A DNA stretch of 64,000 nucleotides from Octopus sinensis (Eukaryota): the NCBI RefSeq assembly GCF_006345805.1, contig NC_043004.1:61442001-61506000 (forward strand), read 5' to 3'. Of the stretch, positions 55,070 to 64,000 are shown piece by piece; positions within the stretch are counted from its first letter, which is position 1; each line of letters begins with the position of its first letter. The position numbers and the translations under genes were made by a program. Under the pieces are notes generated by a model. That model worked only from the letters and a program-made list of their open reading frames with translations. It was not told the origin of the DNA and made no database searches.

Positions 55070-55078
<9 letters not shown>

Positions 55079-55875
55079 AAAATAGTAAAGAGTGAAAAAA
55101 CGACAGAAGGCTTAAATGTTAACAAATATATATATTTTTGCGTCAAAATGTCTGGAGAATATTGGAAAAATTTTTTTCCTTTCCTTAAAATGACATAATT
55201 TTATAATTTTTAAAGAAATACCGGTTTCGCAGTTAGCTCTTCAAATTTCTTGTGATAGTCCCGTGGATCCCACGTAGTCTTGGTGGCAGCCCGAGCATGC
55301 ACACTGCATCGACAACAGATTGCATTCCCAGAATATAGAATGATACCTTTTAGTGAACACATTGAGAAATGCGCAAAGCAACTACAACCACAATTTTTAA
55401 TCTTTCCATTTTACCAATGTACTTTCGGATCATCATCACAAATTAGACTAAATAAGGAAACATTCTTCATTGAAAAGTACAAACCCAGACTCAACTATCC
55501 GAACTCAATAATACAGAGAAATTCACACTAAAGGAAAAAAAATTTTTTAAGCGATTATCTCCCTTACACCGGAAGAAATCACTCACTACTTTCCCTTATT
55601 TAGAACTCTCCTTAGAAAAAATACAAGGATTACGTTATTAAAAATAAACATTAAGTCACAAGAAATTTGAAGAGCTAACTGCGAAACCGGTATTTCTTTA
55701 AAAGTTATAAAATTATGTCATTTTAAGGAAAGGAAAAAAATTTTTCCAATATTCTCCAGACATTTTGACGCAAAAATATATATATTTGTTAACATTTAAG
55801 CCTTCTGTCGTTTTTTCACTCTTTACTATTTTCTTATATATTCACCCACGTGCTTTACCAAACAAACTTTCTTAT
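55070..55875 (+). mobile_element. Penelope-like insertion: inverted pLTR (55070-55255) + GIY-YIG C-terminus + sense pLTR
   Basis: LHRQQIAFPEYRMIPFSEHIEKCA..QFLIFPFYQ..RLNKETFFIEKYKPRLN; 186-bp inverted arms (55070-55255 / 55656-55841) with one mismatch seen. Confidence 0.92.
55660..55698 (+). ncRNA. Variant minimal hammerhead motif in the pLTR (mirror copy 55213-55251, - strand)
   Basis: AAGAAA-U-UUGAAGA-GC-UAACU-GC-GAA-ACCGGU-A-UUUCUU: 6-bp stem I, palindromic ACCGGU stem III, C3>U. Confidence 0.55.
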
Positions 55876-55879
55876 CTAT

Positions 55880-56765
<886 letters not shown>

Positions 56766-57656
56766 CGATTTTTAATCAAAATTGCATTAAGAGAAAATCC
56801 ATTAGATTTTAAATGATTAGTATAAACGTAGAACGGTCTCATGTACGCACTCGCAATATCATCGCAACAAGCTTTATAGTGTAATTTATCAAAAGTTTAT
56901 CTATTTTGCACATTGGTTTATCAAATTGTCTTGAAAGACAAACTCAGATAAGTTTTATAGAAAATTACTTTTAAAATATTTAAAGAAGAATCTCTGAACC
57001 TAGCCATGCAGAATCTCACAGTGTGATTTTATCAATTTACCTAAATATATATTTACATGAAATGATGAAAATGATAGCAACGTCTGAAGAACAATGTATG
57101 TCATCAGATATTAAAGAATACAATCAATCAAAAATCGTATTCAGAAGATTGAAAAAGTTTGAAATCGAAAATTTTCAATATTGAAGTGTCATATATAATA
57201 TTTCCGTCACTATTTAATGAAGAATTTTAAACCGCTATTTGACAAATATACCTTATTTTGTAATATGTGTGTCACACAAGGAAAAACGTCGTGTGTATGT
57301 GTGTTTGTGTGTGTTTGTGTGTGTATGTGTGTGTGTGCATACATGCATAAACAATGGCTTACGTCGTAAATATGTATGCTTTCAATAAACATGTTGATCA
57401 CGCAGACCTTTTCTTCTATATAACGTTGTCAGTGACATGTGGTATGTGGTGATCGGATATCTTCTACAGTATTCTGAAATCCCGCAGCCTTGTAGTTTCG
57501 TTGCAGAGACGAGAAGATTACGTTTTGCTACGATATATGTGTGTGCTTTCAAGCGCCGTGCATCTATATAAGAAGACCTCTTAGCGAATATTGCTGTATA
57601 CGGCGTTCTAACTAAATAACAAACTAACAGACTGACCGACTGACCGACAGACTGAC

Positions 57657-57726
<70 letters not shown>

Positions 57727-58478
57727 CACACATATATATGAGTGTATTTGTGTGTCTGTGAGTGTGCGTGTGTGTGTTTGCATATGTGTAAGTTGGGGAG
57801 GTCATAAAGTCATTTAACTTTTCACCAAAGTTAAACTTTAAAAAAAATCGACATTTCAAGTATTTTTCGTTTATTGGGCTTGAGAGAGGAAACATGTTAC
57901 CTTCTTTCCACCGAGGACAGAGAGAATTTCTGTATGCTGTGGATCGTGATGAAAATATGAATATGTGAAACGTCTCAAAACTTTGTTTAGGAAACAATTA
58001 AGTTAATTTGGGAAATTTTATTACGGTTTGATTTGGGAATAATTTTACTTGGACATAGTCAACTGGTTTTTTAATGCATTTGTTATAATAAATTGTTAGA
58101 ACCGTAACGTGAAATGTTTATTTGTTTAGACTAGCGTTTAGACATGCTGTTGCACAAAGTTTCTGAATACAATTTGGTTGAAGTCTCCCAAAAGTGGTTT
58201 GTTATGTGGTATGTCCATGTTACTCAAAATATGACAATGTGGTCAGAGGCTGTGTCATGCATATACAGCTAGGGAATTAGGGTAAGGATACACTTGCCAA
58301 TGGGCAGTTCAGACAGTTGTATGTTAATTCAGGAACAAGTTATTCACTTGACTGAAATCTCGTTGTCGGAAGATTGAAACCTATATGGAATAGCCAATAC
58401 TTGAAAATAGTCATTGTGGAACTTACGCATTCAATGAGCTCAGAAATATTAGGAATAGCGATTAATTTCGCGGTGTAT

Positions 58479-58790
58479 GCGCAATGGCCCAGTGGTTAGG
58501 GCAGCGAAATCGCTGTCGGAGGATCGCGGTTTCAATACCCAGACCGGGAGTTATGTGTGTTTATTGAGCGAAAACACCTAAAGCTTCACGAGGCTCCAGC
58601 AGTGGGTGGTGGCGACCCCTGTTGCACTCTTTCGCCCCAACTTTCTCTCACTCTTCCTTCCTGTTTCTTGAGTAAAGCTGCGATGGACTGGCGTCCCGTC
58701 CAGCTTCGGGGAACACATATGTCATAGAAACCGGGAAACCGGGAAACCGGGTCTATGAGCCTGGCTAGTCTTGAAACGGGCGTAAAAAAA
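58479..58790 (+). mobile_element. SINE family D head with a different 3' module (V-domain-like)
   Basis: Matches 30047-30236, then diverges into CTGCGATGGACTGGCGTCCCGTCCAG (58678-58703), (GAAACCGG)3 and an A tail. Confidence 0.88.
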
Positions 58791-59024
58791 GAAGATTGAT
58801 CTCGCGTATATTTTTGGCAACGTGGTTTTTGATCTGTGTGTATGCAAGTGTATACATTCAATATAGGTTGGAGTAGTTTAAGAGCTAATTGACGTCTATT
58901 TCTATGACAGTAAATGACTGCATAGAAGCTCCCTCATTAAATCAAGTCTCTTAATGTAGCTTGAAAACTGTATGTAAATTAGATTGTTTTCGTAAATATG
59001 ATCAGTGTTCTATTTCTACTTTAG

Positions 59025-59128
59025 ATGAGGATCACAGCTAACAACTTTTTCCGGAATATAATTCAAATCAAGTCAAAAAGTTTGAAGCTGTCTTTAACAG
59101 AGTTACGTGAAAAGCCTAACCGAAAGGG
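59025..59128 (+). CDS. Next M13 exon, 34 codons + 2 nt: MRITANNFFRNIIQIKSKSLKLSLTELREKPNRK(G)
   Basis: tttctactttag acceptor, GG|gtaaga donor, 104 bp, phase 0-2. Matches [35 protein letters not shown] (FFRNIIQ ~ YFENIIQ; ELREK ~ KLREK). Confidence 0.88.
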
Positions 59129-62100
59129 GTAAGATTTTGAATATGTGTGTGTTGGTTTCATTTGAATGATTTATTTTATGTTTCTCTCCCTTATATTTAT
59201 TAAACTGATTAGGCTAGAGTGCACAATAGTTTGTATTACTCAAATTCTAAAACCCGTAACTTGTCATAAAATGTACTGCATACTTACATGCGTACACACC
59301 ATATACATATATCCTTGAATAAATACCAACCAGTATGTTATACGAAAAAAATACAATAAAATAGAATGAAACATAAGAAAGCTGTCTCATGAGATCAATA
59401 TCAATTACAGCATGATGCTACCCCAAAAATAAGGAGGCGCTGATATTTTTATTATGATATGTATTTTAAATATAATATAGGATAAAGAATTATTGTTATG
59501 TTAGATATATACTACTTAGATAGACTGTCGTCTAGATACAGGAAAGGTTGAATAAGGGTGTTAAATCACAGTATGATATAAAAGCATCCGTAATATTCAC
59601 ATTTTTAATGTAGATAAAGTATATGTAGTATAATATAATCCAATGCATAATTTCTTTAAGATAGTGGGATATGATTTGTAGAAGATTCAGCTGTAATTTC
59701 TTGCTCGTTTAGTGTTGAAGGTTCTTGCTGATGCAGCTGCTTCTTGAGATAAATGCTTCATTGTTCAGTAAATTAATAGAAAAAAAGTAAGTTATTTGAG
59801 GTCTCATGCAGAAAATATAGTATACATAGCCTTCACTTCTCAGTCAATTTGAAGTAAAACTACAATTCCTATAGAGCCGCTGGATGAAAGAGATGGTAGA
59901 TAAACGTTTATGCTTTGCAATTCTTTAAAATCAAATCATATCACGTAGAATTCTTTTGGGAAAAACCGGACACAGACGCCGTACCTCAGTAAATCAAAGA
60001 AGTATTTAAAAAAAAATAAATGCATTTTATATATTGGAATGTATCAGCTGCGACGCAACTCTTTCTTCGTATGGAGATTTGTATAGAATATTTTATATAT
60101 AAAAGAACAAAACAGAAATGTTTAGCAATTTTTATGGATTTCTCACATTTCTCTTACTCTGTCAGTTTTGTGTAAACTTCTGTGCGGTTCATGTATTTAT
60201 AAAAAGAGAAAAGGTGCTATGAATGAATATGTGATCAAGAATTTTGCTTGCGTAAATTTTCGTTCCAGTTTCGATATATCTGTCTGAGATATATCGACCA
60301 AAGCTGGTTGAGAAAAAAATTCGATATAATCAGAAACCATTTATTAATGCAAGTTTGTTAACTGTAAGTGTTCTTGGATATTAGAACTCGTTCTTTATGT
60401 AGCTTAATATTCTTACCGCCATTGGATGCTTTTAACGGATCCACTCAATTGCAAACTGATCTGAAGCTGACTTGAACTCGGATCCAATTCCTCCTTCATT
60501 AACACATCGCCGTGCTTTATTGCCCAATCTTCCTGAACTGAATCGGAAGTTCGAGCAAAAGTTAATAAGAGCTGGCTGCTTTCTCCTCATTGACTAAGGC
60601 ATTAAATATCAGAATTTCCTTAACAAAAGAACCTACTGTGACCATTCAAATTTAGATAATCACCAGTTATTTTTTTAATTATAAACAACTTCTCAACGAA
60701 TACATATTATAGAAACACACCCAAATGAGATCACAGGAATACATTATTCGAGATAGCACAGAAACAAAATTCATTTTCATTCTTCTAAATCTATTCATCG
60801 TGAAAAGTTTTTAACAATAACATCAGTTATATCTATCAGATCTTATCTGAAACATAAAGAATTTATGTAATATTCTATTATCTGTAATCACTAGTTTCCG
60901 TGGTGATTACATCAATCTCACAAAATAAATGTCTCCTCTATAAAATCAACAAACTGGTTATATAATAAGGGGAGAGAAAAGAATATATTGATTTCCGTGG
61001 AGTTAGGAGGAGACGCTAAAATATCATGGGCTTGTTTAAATAAAACATGGTAAAAAGAAAAAAAGCAACAATATCGACCGACTATTTTATACTAAATCAT
61101 AAACATTTGTGTGATAAGATGGCTGTCACGAACTGAGTGATTTAAAAGCTCAGTATAGAAAGGTTCGCTATAGAAAGGTCAATAATGACCATAGCATTCC
61201 ATTTGAGTCTCATTTTATTAATTATACTGCGTTCATAACCTAAAAGTTGTAAAATATTGAGATTTGTTGATAGTAAATTATGTCGTACAATAACCTAAAG
61301 TTAAAAATACTTCCCAGATTAATACTACGTACTTAAATGTTTCGTCCACTTCACAACACTTCACCCGATCTTACCAGTGATCGGGTAGCTCCATTTCTGT
61401 ATTCTAGGGTTTCTACAAATAATACTATGAAGATGATAAATTCGAGCCCTCGATGACACGTCTCACACCTGTCTGGGTTGGTTTATAGAAGTTACTATTA
61501 CTACTAATATCTGACATGACTCATGCATTGAGTGTCAAACAAACCACAACCTTTTTAAAGATAATCAGAGTATAAGAGGGGATAAAGGGATAAGAATATC
61601 ATCATATCCCTAGAATCTCCCACAATACTCGTTTCTCTAACGGCTAAATAAAACTATCGTATTTTAACAGTAAATCAAACGTAAGATTTGTAAAACTTGC
61701 ATGTATTGCTGTTGTTTACCCTGATGTCAGAAATAATTGGGTATCCTGATAGAGTAAGACAATCCAACCATACCTAACCCTTCACCTTTTAGATATAGTG
61801 TGTCGCGGATTATACTACCCAATGTTTTCTTCCATCATGTAAATCAGTAATGTGTAATTTATGAGAGGATTTATTGCTATTCCTCGGGAATCATTCGTAA
61901 GCGTATATATCTTGTAAGCATTTGTAAATAACATTAACATATTCAATGCGGCGCCCATCTGAAATATCACTAGAAATAATTATGCGTTGAGAGAAAGACT
62001 GTAGTAGCTCAATCACAAGTATAACTTTCATATATAAGGCAACTGAGGGAGATAAGTGCTATATATGCCTTAGTAGATCTCTTTATAAATTAAAACAAAA

Positions 62101-62990
62101 AACTCCCCAACACAAACGGAAGTTAGAAAAAGACAATCACTACTCCTACAATCAATTATATGTTTCCGGAACAGAAAGAGATTTAACAGTAAGCTTTCCC
62201 GTTTAATAAGTAATTTTGCCTTCTCTTAACTTACCTTGGGACTTCCACAACATCACACATAAACGCTTGAAGTAATTCAAAATATGTCTTCAGTGAGGAA
62301 GTTCTCAAATTACATTACAACTGAAATTATCATGAACTTAGATTATAACCTAAAGACACAACTGGATAAATAATCGCTGCTTCAGTAAATTCATACTCCT
62401 TTCTGAATAGTAAGAAAAATCGATGGAATATATTAGCGTCGTCGCCCTTGTCTGGGTTCTCAGATTTTAAATACTTTCTGGCAGAATTTGTTGCATATTT
62501 TCAAGAGTAATCTCAGTGAATAAAAGCTTCCAACTCACTATATATTATATACGAAACTCTACTTTATTTACAAAGCAAATAATCCGCCGCTTGGAGATCG
62601 GGAATTATTTATAAATCTTCTATTTCATTTAACTCATCATCAACTTTACTGTTTAAAATATATGATTCTCACAAATGAATGAGCTTCAAGGATTTTACTC
62701 AATTTATAAGGATTAATTGGGAAATATATTTCTAAACATAAAGAAAGCATTTTATAATGGCTTCATGCTTACACTGTCTGCAAAATGACTATAGATGGAA
62801 CTTATTTCATCATTTCAATGCTCTATCATCACTGGCACGTCGTTAAACATCAAGAGTATCAAAATATGATAACTCTTTATATCCACATCTAATTTCAAAC
62901 GACATTAAGCGTTAATGCATATTTTGAATAACTATCTCTGTATGTATACATTGTTGTTGTACACACAAATACACAAAAAACACTATATTC

Positions 62991-63035
<45 letters not shown>

Positions 63036-63077
63036 AAAAGATATATATATATTGTGTATATACATACACACACACAC

Positions 63078-63111
<34 letters not shown>

Positions 63112-63115
<4 letters not shown>

Positions 63116-63362
63116 AATTGCAGCGTGGAAGGTGTTTATAAGCCATTTAAGAAACACACAAAAGCCGTTCGATTCACTTCAACATTTAAGTTTAATTTGT
63201 CAAAATATTTTCGTCGCTAAAATCCGCGACTTAAATGTTGAAGTGAATCGAACGGCTTTTGTGTGTTTCTTAAATGGCTTATAAACACCTTCCACGCTGC
63301 AATTGTTTTCGTTTCAGCACACGATCTCAGATCAAATTACTTGCTATGCGAGTACATCTCCG

Positions 63363-63372
<10 letters not shown>
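63112..63372. mobile_element. Penelope-like fold-back: perfect 80-bp arms (63112-63191 / 63229-63308), 37-bp spacer, about 60-bp extension
   Basis: Exact reverse complements; spacer holds stem II + GAAA of a hammerhead on the - strand; (TA)n on both sides. Confidence 0.85.
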
Positions 63373-63424
<52 letters not shown>

Positions 63425-64000
63425 CTTTATGTAGCCAAAAGAAATCATGTTCACCAGAATATCCCAAGCAGTGCGTTTTGTCGACAGACAATGTTTTTAC
63501 CAATCAACTGTATTGTGGTAAAAAAATATAAACATCTAATTTGTATTACAAGACCACAATTTAGGAAAAATTTGTTTGATTGCCAACTAATTCATGGCCA
63601 ATCTTTCACTGGTGACTAATCTTATTATTGCCAGAATGATGAAAGGCAAATACTGTATGGTTGGAATATGAACAACAATGTAGAAACAAGGTAGGAAAAT
63701 GTGTATCCTTTTTCATTTGTAATCCAGCAAATTCCGCCACTCAAACACCTTCTGATAGCAATATAATACGAAGATAACTGCAAGAAAATAATAGCATTTC
63801 CATTTACATCTGTGAAAAGAAAATGTCAACGAAACAAAGTTATTATTAAATTTGAATATATGTTCTAAATAATCTTAACACGTAGCCTACAGATTGCTAG
63901 AGCAGTAGTGTAGTAAGAAGCTATAAATTCATTCATAATGTCTTCTGCAAAGTGGCTCCTCCATGTTACTACTAGTTTAACCCTAGGCAGATTCTCCGCC

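Noticed and set aside
60015-60045. INAFY, resembling the M13 VNAFY motif expected in the next exon
   Set aside because: In-frame TAA just upstream and no acceptor site.
61694-61775. LMSEIIGYPDR, an exact M13 IGYP motif
   Set aside because: Wrong order relative to the identified exons; would need a 23-nt phase-1 micro-exon; likely chance.
62235-62320. Minus-strand tttcag...AAG|gtaagt exon-like segment
   Set aside because: Stops in all frames from the acceptor; no partner exons found.
63640-63695. 56-bp candidate for the next M13 exon
   Set aside because: Two stops in the required phase-2 frame; no W...VNAFY similarity.

Overview
AT-rich, microsatellite-dense animal genomic DNA with no prokaryotic features. 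The SINE/LINE repertoire suggests an octopus-like coleoid cephalopod (inference). None of the listed ORFs is an intact gene. I found four spliced + strand exons (17662-17796, 22233-22331, 36401-36478, 59025-59128; canonical AG/GT, phases 0-0-0-0-2). They join into one 138-codon open frame of a divergent M13 (neprilysin/ECE-like) metallopeptidase, with introns of 4.4, 14.1 and 22.5 kb. The HExxH catalytic exons are not in the window. The rest is mobile DNA: about 12 Dong/R4-clade non-LTR fragments (roughly 10 kb), several flanked by (TAA)n, plus Tx1/L1, CR1 and RTE fragments. Penelope-like pieces sit in (TA)n, including two near-perfect fold-backs (186-bp and 80-bp arms) and several hammerhead-ribozyme-like motifs. 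There are also three tRNA-headed SINE families (one dimeric, one carrying an internal microsatellite, one with swappable 3' modules), a headless non-coding retroposon-like family with Dong-type junctions, and a 30-bp-TIR MITE. All alignments were done by eye; TE boundaries are approximate and family names come from remembered motifs, not database searches.
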